In this document: positions 23,689-40,152 of the stretch, in pieces
Position numbering within the stretch: position 1 is the first letter of the stretch
Layout of the letters: each line of letters begins with the position of its first letter
Source: Ostrea edulis
Lineage: Eukaryota
NCBI RefSeq assembly: GCF_947568905.1
Contig: NC_079167.1
Coordinates: forward strand, 44,764,001 to 44,828,000
Direction: 5' to 3'
DNA length: 64,000 bases
The notes under the pieces: generated by a model
What the model saw: only the letters and a program-made list of their open reading frames with translations
What the model was told of the DNA's origin: nothing
Databases searched by the model: none
Made by a program: the position numbers and the translations under genes

Positions 23689-24060
23689 TTACTTGCTGCT
23701 GGTGTACTTGGTGACAGCCTTGGTACCCTCAGAGACGGCGTGCTTGGCCAATTCACCGGGCAAGAGAAGTCGGACAGCGGTCTGGATTTCTCTGCTGGTG
23801 ATGGTTGAGCGTTTGTTGTAGTGGGCCAGGCGGGAAGCTTCAGCGGCGATTCTCTCGAAAATGTCATTGACAAACGAGTTCATGATGCTCATAGCTTTGC
23901 TGGAAACGCCAGTGTCTGGGTGGACCTGCTTCAGGACTTTGTAAATGTAGATGGCATAGGATTCCCTCCTCTTCCTGCGCTTCTTCTTGTCCCCAGTTCT
24001 CTGGGCCTTCGCCTTAGTGGCGGCTTTCTTAGCTCCTTTCGATCCGGCTTTAGGTGGCAT
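23689..24060 (-). CDS. H2B: Histone H2B
   Basis: Protein identical to unit 1. Confidence 0.98.
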   Translation of the reverse strand: MPPKAGSKGAKKAATKAKAQRTGDKKKRRKRRESYAIYIYKVLKQVHPDTGVSSKAMSIMNSFVNDIFERIAAEASRLAHYNKRSTITSREIQTAVRLLLPGELAKHAVSEGTKAVTKYTSSK

Positions 24061-24307
24061 GTTTACTAGTAAACTATGTGTGGAACAAATGGCCGCGCTG
24101 CTATTTATATTACACGGTCGGATAACGGCGGATAAGCGTATTACGGACCTCCTTGTAAACATTAATTCGTTCGGTGTTGCGCCAAGGTACGAGAAACATG
24201 ATGGCCACGATTGGCTGGCAGTTGAATCCGACTGCGTGTTTAAAAGGGTTGATGTATTGCGTGCGAGGGTTATTCGTTGCTTTGATTTCGTCAGCGCACC
24301 GTATTGA

Positions 24308-24694
<387 letters not shown>

Positions 24695-25422
24695 AAAGTA
24701 CAAAGTCTGCTTGCAGGACCTATAACAAACGGCCGTTTTCACGGCCACCAACCTTTTTTGAAAAGACACCTCTATAAGCATCGAAATGTCAAGAATGACA
24801 GTCTAATCTTACATTCAATGCTCACTGAGAAATGGGGATGACAATATTTGCAGTAATTCATACATTTCAAGGCGCAAAATAAATGAATGCACGGCATGGG
24901 TTGCTATGTATTTGTTTGGGTTGTAATCGATAAGTAAGATTTACAAGAGAGAAGACATAAAAAAGCGCTATATAAATTGTCCTCACTCCTTTGGACTTCA
25001 TTGAGAAATCATGGAAATACCAAAATGAAATGAGTTTTTATTTGCATTCTTTTTGTTTTTCTCAACCAGCTCTGTAGTTTGTCAATGGAAGAGTAAAACA
25101 AGGGTGCCAAAACTTTTGAAATACAGGGCGAGTGATCGTATAATCTTCACGTGGTCATTCTTGCTTTTAATTTACATAGACGAAAAGCCACAAAGGAAAT
25201 GATTTTGTACCAGTATGAATGTGAGAAATAGAGGTAGACATGGAGCTATCTGACATTAGATAGGGTGATCATGATGTGATGGGGCAATAAAAAAAAAAAA
25301 TGGAAAGAGAACAAAATCTTTGGAGACGACATAGACGATCGCGATCCTGGTACATGGATTGTAAATATATCCGCAAACAAAATATCACTATCTTGGCCGA
25401 ATTGTTTTATCTCCGAAATATA

Positions 25423-26131
25423 CTCAATTTATTTATGGATTCACCAATCATGTTACACAATATGAGATATATAATGACAACAAACTAAATACTAACAGTT
25501 CATTTACATGTATATGTAAATACAAGTATATATTTGACATGTACCTGTGATATTACACTGCATGTATATGCAATGTAGTATTGCATATCAACATAAATTA
25601 AATGTAGTTATAGCACTTTACTTTGGGTGCGCAATTCAAAACATTCATGTAAAAATTCACACAATCTTCTGACATGAACGACATTGACAGGGTTGCATAG
25701 TACTTTACAATGGTTTTCCTTTGATATATCATCATCTGAATTGTAGATGTTCAAAGGGTAATATTTCTTTCTTATATCTTTATACATGAAGCAGTCATAT
25801 AAAAAAGAAAAGAAAAGTGTTTTTAAAAAAATACTGTAGTTTATCGCAAAATGACGACTTTACTTATAAGCATGAGGAATTTATTTTTGGTTCATATAAA
25901 TACTAAACATTTGTTGAAAATTTTCTGAATACATTCGATCCATGGGTTTTCGAACCCTTTTCCTCCGCAAATGGTATGCTCAAATATATATATCGTATTT
26001 ATTTTAAACCTTGACGTATGCAGGAAAACGCCCTCCGTATAAACCGACAACTTTTTAATTCTTGAAAAACGATTTTCAATTTCGGTGATTAATTTCACAT
26101 GAACACGTTCGACTGAGTCTAGAAATTTCAC
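25423..26131 (-). mobile_element. RTEX-like LINE relic, unit 3 copy
   Basis: Same sequence as 1150-1858. Confidence 0.65.
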
Positions 26132-26177
26132 ACTGGGTGTGACTGCATCCCGATTACTTTGTCCAACAAGTCAAACG

Positions 26178-26953
26178 GGTATACATGAAATGGTCTTACT
26201 CGACTTCTTTCTTTCGTTAGAAAATCAGATTCCCTCTCATTAAATAACACTCATTCGTAGACGAAAACGAGCCTACATACTATTGCAAAAAGAACTATTG
26301 ATCCTGGCAAATGATCGAACTTTAAGAACATTAGAAATCATTGTATTGGCACCGTCCAAACGCAACGGACAGATACTACACACACGACTGTAATTAGTAC
26401 TCTTAAATCCCACCTATTCGCGAAACGCATACATGTGATAGATAATCCATATTGTGCCTGTGGAAAAATCGAAACAACAACACACTTTTTACTTGAATAA
26501 ATTTATTGATCCATTAAGACCAATAACTGTAAATATCCTTGTACATGGAGACTTTACTAAAAAAAAATTCCTATATTAAAAATAGTTTCATTATATACAT
26601 GTGCATCATCCAAAAGATATGTAGCTTAATCTCGTCGACTTCCGCTTTTATGCATGTGTAGAGTGGTGGAATTTCTTGTTTGGAAGTTATTGTATATCCA
26701 TTTCTGATGAACTTAGGTCATAACATCTCTTCCAATAATGATCTATTTACTTGTTGGATTTTTTTCTTTCATTTTTCTTTACTTCCTCGTTGTCATTTTT
26801 TGTCATGTGCAACGGGCAAATGCACACTTACCATTCAAAGTTCAAACGGATTAATATAAGTGCCTATACAACTTGATTCCGAATCCTGTGTGCATATAAC
26901 GTATTGTGTATATACATATATTGATTTATTCAAATGAAATAAAGTTTAAACTA
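26178..26953 (+). mobile_element. CR1/L2-like LINE relic, unit 3 copy
   Basis: Same sequence as 1905-2680. Confidence 0.75.
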
Positions 26954-27306
26954 ATTTTTTTTTTTTTATCACCCCATACGTACGTTTTATCGCCTGCTTA
27001 TAGGATAAACCTGATTTTTAAGATTGTTTTAATTTGAAACCTCTTTGTTTTATCGAAACCTTTTAAACAAACAGAGCTATTACTATTTAACAGAAAAGTA
27101 TAGGCAAATCGTAAGCATGTCCTGAAACCTTTCCCGAGTTTGGATCATGTGTCACCTTCTGAAACTTCAATTGATAATATAGCACCTAAATTTATCATTT
27201 CTTTTACATTTTTGATGGTATGTGCGTATTGTGTACAGCTCAATATAAGTGAATTGATCCCTACTCACAAAGTAGCGTAAAAGTGGCTCTATATATCATA
27301 TATATA

Positions 27307-28016
27307 CAGTGTGCGAAATTAACCATGGACCGATAGGCAATGTCTATAGAAAATCGAGTCGGTCTATAACAATCAAAATAGCTATAGACCAACTTGTCTA
27401 TAGGAATTCTGAGTAAATAACTGGTTCTCTGTTGCTTATTTAACATATATATGAGAAGCGGGGCCAGTTTATATGTAGTACGCCAATGTTTCTGTTTACC
27501 CCTTAGCTGTAATAAAATGTTCCCCAATGTAATTACAAATCATTCGAATCAGATTATTCAATTTGATATTTACTTCAATGCACGCCATTTTCGTGCAAAT
27601 TCGCAATGTCCTTTTTGATGGTTTTAAAAATACGTGAAAGATGCACGCACTTGAGTCAAACGGAAAGCGGTCAGTACAAGTTCCAGCAAGGCCAAAGTCG
27701 CAGAAAATCATGAGAAAACGAAACGTAGTAGAAGTACGTGACTTGGATGAAGAATCAGATAGTGAAACTGAGCTGGAACAAAATGAAAAAGAAAACGAAA
27801 TTCTAATTGAAAAGCTTGCCGTGCATGCAATTGAAAAAGAATATAATTATACTATGAACAAATTGCCAAACCGAATTTGTGTCAATTATTTATTTTTTAA
27901 TAACAATGAATAATGCATGTTAAATTTTGGTCTATAGGAATTTGTTGTGGTCTATAGGAAATAAAATGACTATGGACCGAAAGTTTATAGGACTTTAAAG
28001 TTAGTTTCGCACACTG
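27307..28016. mobile_element. 710-bp TIR element, unit 3 copy
   Basis: Same TIRs and interior. Confidence 0.85.
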
Positions 28017-29013
28017 TATATATATATTATGTATCTACTGTGGAAAGTATCTAATCACTCTTACGATAACCTCGTAGCATAGCACTTACATAATAATTGG
28101 AAGAAAATAAAACAAACAAACCAAAAAAAAAAAAAAAAAAAAAATTGAAAAGAAACCCACAACAACAACAAACATAAAAAAGAAACAAAAGCAAAGTAAA
28201 CAAACAAACAACCAGTTTAATTACACTTCATTTAAAATCAAAACATCAAGATTGGTCATAATTTGTACATTTCATCTGTGTAATTTTTATTGAATACAGG
28301 CATTATTTATAAAAAGTATGTGTAAACAAGGATTAACGTTTTTCTTTTAAATCATAAATCAAAGCAAATATCTTATGTTGTGTTGTATATATTTCTATAG
28401 TAAAGTAAATAGACCAGGATTTTCTTTTTTTTTTTAGGCGTGTGCTTGTGTTCTTAATATTGTGTAAGCCCATTCCAAACCGTTCTACGCAATCGTTAAT
28501 GTCTACCGCTCGCTTTTGATACCCGATGTGTACGACCCCCGGATGTTTTTCAAAAATTCTGACCGACATGATGTTTTCTACAGCAAAAGGAAAACGAGTG
28601 TGCCTTCTTTCAAGCTTCGAAAGGAAATCAAGCAACAATGATATTTGTTATCGGCCACTGGAAAAAAATTACCCAATTTTAATGAATGAATGGACTTGCA
28701 AATCGCCGGTTGAGGTGTCTATATTTCTGGATTTTGACTGCTGTAGTTTGGCAAAGCCCAATATGTAAGTAAATAGAATGACAGGGGGAAATGTAGACCA
28801 GGGGGTTCCGATAACATATCCGGCGGATATTCCATTGTTGAAGCGCAACTCGAATGCAAAGACTAACATCAAAGCACATCTAAACAACACAATACACATA
28901 CCGATCGACTCGAACAGATTGGATGTTTTCAAGGAGGTCCGCGCTTGATGTAAACAAAACAGATTGTGCGTTCCGATCGACTATTATTTACCGTTCTCGC
29001 ATCGTTCGAAAAC

Positions 29014-29583
29014 ATGGCAGACACCGCAGCTCCCGCGAAAAAGAAGGTTTCCAAGCCCAAAGTGCCCGCAGCGCACCCAAAATACATCGACATGATCAAG
29101 GCTGCCCTCGGGTCACTGAAAGAGCGTGGTGGATCTTCTAGACAAGCCATTCTTAAGCACCTGATGGCCAATTATAAAGTGGGCAATGACGTCAACTCCA
29201 TCAATGCTCACCTCAAAATGGCCCTTAAGAATGGAGTCAAAAAGGGTGCGTTGAAGCAAGCCAAGGGTAAAGGTGCCAGCGGCTCCTTCAAGCTTGGAGA
29301 TAAGCCCAAGGCTGAGCAGAAGCCTAAAGCCAAGAAAGTAGCCAAACCAAAGGCTGCCAAACCTAAGAAGGCTGCTGCTGCTGCCAAGCCCAAGAAGGCG
29401 GCCGTAGAGAAAAAAGTGAAGAAGACGCCAAAGAAACCAGCCGCACCCAAGAAGGCCAAGACTCCCAAGAAGAAGGCGGCAGCCAAGAAGCCCGCAGCCA
29501 AGGCCCCCAAGAAGGCCAAGAGCCCCAAGAAGCCCGCCGCCAAAAAATCCAAGACCCCCAAGAAGGCCGCCGCCAAGAAATAA
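29014..29583 (+). CDS. H1: Linker histone H1
   Basis: Protein identical to unit 1. Confidence 0.98.
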   Translation: MADTAAPAKKKVSKPKVPAAHPKYIDMIKAALGSLKERGGSSRQAILKHLMANYKVGNDVNSINAHLKMALKNGVKKGALKQAKGKGASGSFKLGDKPKAEQKPKAKKVAKPKAAKPKKAAAAAKPKKAAVEKKVKKTPKKPAAPKKAKTPKKKAAAKKPAAKAPKKAKSPKKPAAKKSKTPKKAAAKK

Positions 29584-30874
29584 GCAGTCTTTGCAATATT
29601 CCTGCACAGAGTGTTTACTCACAAAACAAAAGCCCTTTTTAGGGCTACCAACATTTTTAGAAAAGATGCCGTTCTTACACGTGTGAGAGAAATGCGTTTC
29701 TACGTCATTTAAGTGAATACTGATTCAAGCTGTTTTAACGTTTTCATACTTTGATTTACTTGTCCTGCATGTCATTCAGTTAAAAGAGGGGGGGGGGGGG
29801 GGAGGGAGGAAACTAACCCACGCTTTTACAAACAACATGACATTTTTTTATCTGATTTATTACCTCTCCCTTCCTAAAGCTGTAGGGTAAGAAATAAGAT
29901 GGAGACCGGTGAATTATGACAACATATAGTACAGTACCTGCATCATTTAGTCCTCATTCGTTTGAGTAAAGCTAGCTGAATTGAAACATTTCTTATACAT
30001 CCAATGGCTTGATTGTTTTCATTCGGTTTATTGTCCGATAAGAAAACAAAAATTAAAAGTATCATCCGTGGACTTTTATTTCAGTACTTGATTTGTATAC
30101 AGTCCAGGTTTGGCAGGACTACACATAATTCACTCTCATAATGCAATGTTTCATGTGTGTAACAATGTTTTCAGACTTTAGTCAACGAGAAATGTCTGAT
30201 CGGTGTCTAAAAGTGAAAGAATGGGGTTCTTTCTTTGTTAGGAACAGAGTGACGATAAGAGTAAGTTGTAATTCTCGCACGTCTAATTTAGCCTTCAAAA
30301 TGAAATAAGGATTTACACATTTTAAACAGTTCTCCGTTGTCCAGAGACTCGCTCACTTCATGTGTACATGAACTTCATAGCCTCAATGTTGTTCAAGATT
30401 TATATATAGGAGTGATTTTTGTTTGGATGTAACAGTAGTCTAGGATTCTGGAATGATTTGGGGTCTTGAAATTCACAAAGCTGTCCGAAAAAGTCATTAG
30501 TCACAACTAACTAGTACTGTCTAATAACATCAAATCATATACCAATGATGTTAGTCACAACTATTATTAAGTGAAAAGAAACAAAAATTTAACGACTTTT
30601 TTTTATTGGGTGTTTCTTGAATTCCAAGAATTATGATTATTCTAGTAAGAATGCAATGTCATATATCATCTCTATCCAAATATATTTGAGGTCTGCTTTT
30701 GTCAAATAACTATTTTGCAACCTCTTTGTTAAATGTTCAGGTTACAAATTTGATAATCATTGGTTTAAACTATATTTATATGTATCGGTGCAAAATATAC
30801 AAACAGGTGAGAAAGGAAGACTTTAAAACAAAATTCTATGTACGAATGAATGTATGTATGTACATACGTACGCA

Positions 30875-31013
30875 TACATGTACTAAGAACTTTGGGAATC
30901 TGGGATATTTCAATTGCATATGATAAATATACAAAATTTAGTATTAATATGGAATTATGTATATTTATGTGCTATTGAAATATCCCAGATTCCCAAAGTT
31001 CTTAGTACATGTA
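30875..31013. mobile_element. 139-bp foldback, unit 3 copy
   Basis: Same arms. Confidence 0.65.
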
Positions 31014-31731
31014 CATATTTTAAAATACTTATGGTAGAAGACTGCCAGTCTGATCGACTGGGCACAAGCACTGTCCCTTGGTACCTAGCTCTGCATTCAG
31101 GACAGCATTTTATACTGTTTCACTTTTACTTCCCACATTGCATCCTTGTTGTGCTGTGCATTTTCATTCTATGTTGTTATGAGCCAATATTTCAGATCAA
31201 TGTTAATATAGAAATCCTTTACATATCTACATGTACGTGTGTATACAATCATGTATGTGTATATATGTGTTTATGTATACATGTATATGTACGGTGTGTG
31301 TATCTATAAGTATATGGTATCATGTGTTTACAATGAATATGATAAAATTGTGTATGCTCACTGAGGGTCCTTAACTGGTGAATAAATAAATAAATGTATC
31401 TCCTTTTAAATGTTTTTAACATTTACTTGTCTGTCCATACTTTTGTATCCACAAATAATGTTTACAATTGTACCCTGAAATCCCTTGTAACACCCCATCC
31501 CCTTCATTGTTTTTTTGGTTTTAATTTTTACAAGTTTATGAATTCTGAGCAAAATGTGGATTGAAATGTCCCAAGTCAAGACCAATCAACGCTGCATACC
31601 AGCGGCTAATCGCAGAGTGTCTTTCTGAACCGCTTAACCAATGACAAGTGTCGTAAGATATGAGAGCGCCGATTTCGATTTGCTTATAAACTCTAGTGTT
31701 TCCGATCGGGCACTTTATTCTATCCGAATAA

Positions 31732-32151
<420 letters not shown>

Positions 32152-33657
32152 TTTCACTCGTGTGACACTCAAACAAACGGCCGTTTTCACGGCCACCTAA
32201 TTCTTTCGAAAAGATGCCTTCATATTGCTCTTGATCAAGAAACTTGTCGTGAATAAAGTATGACTGAATGACATGCATAACCCTACATCCACAAACTACT
32301 TGACCCAAGTCTGGTAAATTTCTGTAAAATAAGAAAAGTTTTAACGCAACTTCAGTAATGAAACTAAATGCTGCGAATGTGAACACGTACAGCTATACTG
32401 TCAAAACAGTAGTATACATTGCAGAGCATCAATTGTACACATGACAACAAATGCACATTGAAAATCCTTGTCAGCAGGAAAGTACACAACAAACTAGACA
32501 AACCTAGAGAATAGCTGTATAGAACGTACTAAGAACGCATACATAGAGAAATCGGTAGTCTGTAGTACACACTAAAACAACCTACCTAATTCTAGAAGGG
32601 TCAGATACTACGGTATTTCATTCAACCAACTCTGGGCTTTTGAGGGCATGTAAAGCATGCATTAATAAGAGAAATTAAGGGGTTCAAATAATAGCTAGCA
32701 TCAATAGCGCACGGAGAAATTCTATAACAACAACAACAAAATATATAAATAAAAACCCAGATGTAGAAATATGTAGACGTTAGGGGGGTCATGATTATTT
32801 TGAGAGGTCAATGAAATCTTCACTTCGTATTACATTCTTGCGTATATAATGACAGAACATCGTATATTTCATTATGTTAATTCAAATCTTGTCTGAAATC
32901 AGTATTACACGTGTAACACCGTGTTAAATGTGTGCAGTGCAGAAATGTGAACTCTGACAGTAATAATATATCGCCATGATTGTTATTTATTTATATTGTT
33001 GTAATTAATTACTAGTTAATCTGTACACCCCCACCCCCTTGAGGGCCCTTAATTGATGAATTAACATATGTCATAACATTTTATATCAGGAGACCATACA
33101 TACAATCTAACAAAGGGCTTGAATTTCTTTTTCAACTTGCACAGATATATTTCTTATTTTCAACATGTTGAGTAGAAATTTGCTTAGCTTGATTAATAAT
33201 GGATTATCTTTATTATTTACCTTTTCTCTCCCTTTTTTGTTGTTGTTTTTTGGATATAGTATAGTAGACTTTCACAGTTGTGAGCCATGTTTTCATATTA
33301 ATTACCCTAATAAAAAAAATGCTATTATTGTGTGTTAATTAAAAGGAAAACAAAACGATGATTTAAAAAAAACAGAACAGAAACTAAGCTAGGAAATCTC
33401 AAATGTGTGCGCAGATTAAATATTATATTCCTATCAAAATAAATAAATACTTGTATACTGTGCAAAAGAAATGTAAACAAACACAGGTAGGCGCGTTTAG
33501 CGAGAACCAATCACGATGTAGTTAACAGCGCTTCTTCGGACACGACAATCGACTAGCCGAAGTTTCAAGGTATAATGCGCTCTAACGGGTCGTCAATTAG
33601 GGCTATATAAACCAGCAATTTCTCAATTTGTCAGGTCATTCAGCACTTGTCTATTGA

Positions 33658-33978
<321 letters not shown>

Positions 33979-35824
33979 ATACTCTTATCACCGTTTGTGC
34001 ATCCCAGCGCAAAAACAAAACGGCCGTTATAACGGCCACCAAATTCTTTGAAAAGACGCCTCTATGAAACGTTATCAAGAGAAACGGTTACCCTGTATTG
34101 TACTTTTAGTTAACAAATTGGCATACAACTTGTTACGAAAAGGTATGCAGTTTGTGGTTAACATGTTTCATTTGCAGTTAAGAGATTTCAATTTGATACT
34201 TGGATTTCTTTTCATATCAAGTAAATAGTCGGACTACACCACAACTTTGTAGGTTTATGTTCACAAACAACCAATTGATACCCAAGATCATTATTGAGCA
34301 GAAAGGCTGACCATGCAAATCCTATACTCCCAATAAATTTACATTGTGAGCATTGTAATATATATCTCGCACACATTTATCTAGATGGATTGTTTATTTA
34401 TCACACAATAACATAAATGATTTGGACACTTTACACATATGAAGGAGACAAAACGAAGACTTAAAAAAGCAGCTGATAATTGTGATAACCCCCGTATTAC
34501 AAAATATCCCACGTGACTGTATACAAAGTACTAATTAGTACTATAGATATTTTAAAATGCATACCATGTAGGCACATGTTAAATTAAATTGATTATATTG
34601 TTATTGCTTCTTGTCGTCACAAATGTCCTACAAACATGTTTTTCTTTTTTCTTCTTCTTTTATACAAACTCGTTTATTGCTAGGAATGCTGAAATAGCAA
34701 ACTCAAGACTTTCTATTTGGCAGATTCCTCTGTGGAAGGCAAAGTAAATGTAATATATGTTTTCATCTTAATTAACATCATTACATGGGTATCTAGTTTA
34801 CCATTTGGTGACAGTTGACTTTCGTAACATATGCATTTACTAATTCTGTACATTGTAACTGGAAAGTACTTGCAAACCGTGAGATATTGATGCGTGGCAC
34901 ACCTACACAATATAAACCAATACACAATATGCAGTCGCATGAAAGATGTTGTACAAACTTTTTTTTTCCAAGATTGGATTCATAAAGAGACTTATCATTA
35001 TCAATTCACCTATTAAGGGCCTGTTGGGGGGGACATGTGCATTTTTAAAATATAATCTTACACATGCGATTCAACATTTCATATAATAATATTGTGTGTA
35101 TCTGTTTATTCTACATGTTTCTGTTTTCTATCCTTTAAATAGCATTGTGTGTTGCCTCTTGTTGATGTATCAGGCATATTATATATTGCACTAGGGAAAA
35201 CACACATGCATCAACTGAGTACTGATCAATGCCTACATGCGAAACTTAAAATGCCTCCAATGAGTGTATTACTCTTTACTGTGTATTGTCTTTACTTGTA
35301 TCAACAATTATATACTTTTAATTACATGTTTATGCTCATTTATTAGCTGTCATTTGGGTGTTGGGTGCTGCAAAACTGATTTACTATTTCAATGACAGAA
35401 AATAATAAGACTTAGAAACTTTTTTGTTAATATCAATATTTCTCTATAATGCTATATATTCAACAGAGCCAAAATGTTTATTTTGATAACATCTTCCATC
35501 TTAGTTTCAATTTTATCAATGACTGGTTAAAGTTACAAACAAAGCTATCATAATAAGTGATGAAATGTATGCAGTTGAAAATGAACACAATGAGATATAC
35601 ATTTGTTTGTTTGATTGTGTATTCTGAATGGCTCGTCTTGAATTCTATTTCAATATAGTACAGTGTGTAACACACATAGTACACTTGTGTATGCATATTT
35701 TGTAGATATGCAATGTCAACCAATAAACGTTTCTCAATGCATTGTTATAAAAGGCATCTTTTCGAAAAATTTGTGTGGCCCTGAAAAGGGCCGTTTGAGT
35801 TTGAGGTTCAAGTCCTTGCTCAGT

Positions 35825-36196
35825 TTACTTGCTGCTGGTGTACTTGGTGACAGCCTTGGTACCCTCAGAGACGGCGTGCTTGGCCAATTCACCGGGCAAG
35901 AGAAGTCGGACAGCGGTCTGGATTTCTCTGCTGGTGATGGTTGAGCGTTTGTTGTAGTGGGCCAGGCGGGAAGCTTCAGCGGCGATTCTCTCGAAAATGT
36001 CATTGACAAACGAGTTCATGATGCTCATAGCTTTGCTGGAAACGCCAGTGTCTGGGTGGACCTGCTTCAGGACTTTGTAAATGTAGATGGCATAGGATTC
36101 CCTCCTCTTCCTGCGCTTCTTCTTGTCCCCAGTTCTCTGGGCCTTCGCCTTAGTGGCGGCTTTCTTAGCTCCTTTCGATCCGGCTTTAGGTGGCAT
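35825..36196 (-). CDS. H2B: Histone H2B
   Basis: Protein identical to unit 1. Confidence 0.98.
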   Translation of the reverse strand: MPPKAGSKGAKKAATKAKAQRTGDKKKRRKRRESYAIYIYKVLKQVHPDTGVSSKAMSIMNSFVNDIFERIAAEASRLAHYNKRSTITSREIQTAVRLLLPGELAKHAVSEGTKAVTKYTSSK

Positions 36197-36443
36197 GTTT
36201 ACTAGTAAACTATGTGTGGAACAAATGGCCGCGCTGCTATTTATATTACACGGTCGGATAACGGCGGATAAGCGTATTACGGACCTCCTTGTAAACATTA
36301 ATTCGTTCGGTGTTGCGCCAAGGTACGAGAAACATGATGGCCACGATTGGCTGGCAGTTGAATCCGACTGCGTGTTTAAAAGGGTTGATGTATTGCGTGC
36401 GAGGGTTATTCGTTGCTTTGATTTCGTCAGCGCACCGTATTGA

Positions 36444-36830
<387 letters not shown>

Positions 36831-37558
36831 AAAGTACAAAGTCTGCTTGCAGGACCTATAACAAACGGCCGTTTTCACGGCCACCAACCTTTTTTGAAAA
36901 GACACCTCTATAAGCATCGAAATGTCAAGAATGACAGTCTAATCTTACATTCAATGCTCACTGAGAAATGGGGATGACAATATTTGCAGTAATTCATACA
37001 TTTCAAGGCGCAAAATAAATGAATGCACGGCATGGGTTGCTATGTATTTGTTTGGGTTGTAATCGATAAGTAAGATTTACAAGAGAGAAGACATAAAAAA
37101 GCGCTATATAAATTGTCCTCACTCCTTTGGACTTCATTGAGAAATCATGGAAATACCAAAATGAAATGAGTTTTTATTTGCATTCTTTTTGTTTTTCTCA
37201 ACCAGCTCTGTAGTTTGTCAATGGAAGAGTAAAACAAGGGTGCCAAAACTTTTGAAATACAGGGCGAGTGATCGTATAATCTTCACGTGGTCATTCTTGC
37301 TTTTAATTTACATAGACGAAAAGCCACAAAGGAAATGATTTTGTACCAGTATGAATGTGAGAAATAGAGGTAGACATGGAGCTATCTGACATTAGATAGG
37401 GTGATCATGATGTGATGGGGCAATAAAAAAAAAAAATGGAAAGAGAACAAAATCTTTGGAGACGACATAGACGATCGCGATCCTGGTACATGGATTGTAA
37501 ATATATCCGCAAACAAAATATCACTATCTTGGCCGAATTGTTTTATCTCCGAAATATA

Positions 37559-38267
37559 CTCAATTTATTTATGGATTCACCAATCATGTTACACAATATG
37601 AGATATATAATGACAACAAACTAAATACTAACAGTTCATTTACATGTATATGTAAATACAAGTATATATTTGACATGTACCTGTGATATTACACTGCATG
37701 TATATGCAATGTAGTATTGCATATCAACATAAATTAAATGTAGTTATAGCACTTTACTTTGGGTGCGCAATTCAAAACATTCATGTAAAAATTCACACAA
37801 TCTTCTGACATGAACGACATTGACAGGGTTGCATAGTACTTTACAATGGTTTTCCTTTGATATATCATCATCTGAATTGTAGATGTTCAAAGGGTAATAT
37901 TTCTTTCTTATATCTTTATACATGAAGCAGTCATATAAAAAAGAAAAGAAAAGTGTTTTTAAAAAAATACTGTAGTTTATCGCAAAATGACGACTTTACT
38001 TATAAGCATGAGGAATTTATTTTTGGTTCATATAAATACTAAACATTTGTTGAAAATTTTCTGAATACATTCGATCCATGGGTTTTCGAACCCTTTTCCT
38101 CCGCAAATGGTATGCTCAAATATATATATCGTATTTATTTTAAACCTTGACGTATGCAGGAAAACGCCCTCCGTATAAACCGACAACTTTTTAATTCTTG
38201 AAAAACGATTTTCAATTTCGGTGATTAATTTCACATGAACACGTTCGACTGAGTCTAGAAATTTCAC
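37559..38267 (-). mobile_element. RTEX-like LINE relic, unit 4 copy
   Basis: Same sequence as 1150-1858. Confidence 0.65.
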
Positions 38268-38313
38268 ACTGGGTGTGACTGCATCCCGATTACTTTGTCC
38301 AACAAGTCAAACG

Positions 38314-39089
38314 GGTATACATGAAATGGTCTTACTCGACTTCTTTCTTTCGTTAGAAAATCAGATTCCCTCTCATTAAATAACACTCATTCGTAGACGA
38401 AAACGAGCCTACATACTATTGCAAAAAGAACTATTGATCCTGGCAAATGATCGAACTTTAAGAACATTAGAAATCATTGTATTGGCACCGTCCAAACGCA
38501 ACGGACAGATACTACACACACGACTGTAATTAGTACTCTTAAATCCCACCTATTCGCGAAACGCATACATGTGATAGATAATCCATATTGTGCCTGTGGA
38601 AAAATCGAAACAACAACACACTTTTTACTTGAATAAATTTATTGATCCATTAAGACCAATAACTGTAAATATCCTTGTACATGGAGACTTTACTAAAAAA
38701 AAATTCCTATATTAAAAATAGTTTCATTATATACATGTGCATCATCCAAAAGATATGTAGCTTAATCTCGTCGACTTCCGCTTTTATGCATGTGTAGAGT
38801 GGTGGAATTTCTTGTTTGGAAGTTATTGTATATCCATTTCTGATGAACTTAGGTCATAACATCTCTTCCAATAATGATCTATTTACTTGTTGGATTTTTT
38901 TCTTTCATTTTTCTTTACTTCCTCGTTGTCATTTTTTGTCATGTGCAACGGGCAAATGCACACTTACCATTCAAAGTTCAAACGGATTAATATAAGTGCC
39001 TATACAACTTGATTCCGAATCCTGTGTGCATATAACGTATTGTGTATATACATATATTGATTTATTCAAATGAAATAAAGTTTAAACTA
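38314..39089 (+). mobile_element. CR1/L2-like LINE relic, unit 4 copy
   Basis: Same sequence as 1905-2680. Confidence 0.75.
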
Positions 39090-39442
39090 ATTTTTTTTTT
39101 TTTATCACCCCATACGTACGTTTTATCGCCTGCTTATAGGATAAACCTGATTTTTAAGATTGTTTTAATTTGAAACCTCTTTGTTTTATCGAAACCTTTT
39201 AAACAAACAGAGCTATTACTATTTAACAGAAAAGTATAGGCAAATCGTAAGCATGTCCTGAAACCTTTCCCGAGTTTGGATCATGTGTCACCTTCTGAAA
39301 CTTCAATTGATAATATAGCACCTAAATTTATCATTTCTTTTACATTTTTGATGGTATGTGCGTATTGTGTACAGCTCAATATAAGTGAATTGATCCCTAC
39401 TCACAAAGTAGCGTAAAAGTGGCTCTATATATCATATATATA

Positions 39443-40152
39443 CAGTGTGCGAAATTAACCATGGACCGATAGGCAATGTCTATAGAAAATCGAGTCGGTC
39501 TATAACAATCAAAATAGCTATAGACCAACTTGTCTATAGGAATTCTGAGTAAATAACTGGTTCTCTGTTGCTTATTTAACATATATATGAGAAGCGGGGC
39601 CAGTTTATATGTAGTACGCCAATGTTTCTGTTTACCCCTTAGCTGTAATAAAATGTTCCCCAATGTAATTACAAATCATTCGAATCAGATTATTCAATTT
39701 GATATTTACTTCAATGCACGCCATTTTCGTGCAAATTCGCAATGTCCTTTTTGATGGTTTTAAAAATACGTGAAAGATGCACGCACTTGAGTCAAACGGA
39801 AAGCGGTCAGTACAAGTTCCAGCAAGGCCAAAGTCGCAGAAAATCATGAGAAAACGAAACGTAGTAGAAGTACGTGACTTGGATGAAGAATCAGATAGTG
39901 AAACTGAGCTGGAACAAAATGAAAAAGAAAACGAAATTCTAATTGAAAAGCTTGCCGTGCATGCAATTGAAAAAGAATATAATTATACTATGAACAAATT
40001 GCCAAACCGAATTTGTGTCAATTATTTATTTTTTAATAACAATGAATAATGCATGTTAAATTTTGGTCTATAGGAATTTGTTGTGGTCTATAGGAAATAA
40101 AATGACTATGGACCGAAAGTTTATAGGACTTTAAAGTTAGTTTCGCACACTG
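39443..40152. mobile_element. 710-bp TIR element, unit 4 copy
   Basis: Same TIRs and interior. Confidence 0.85.
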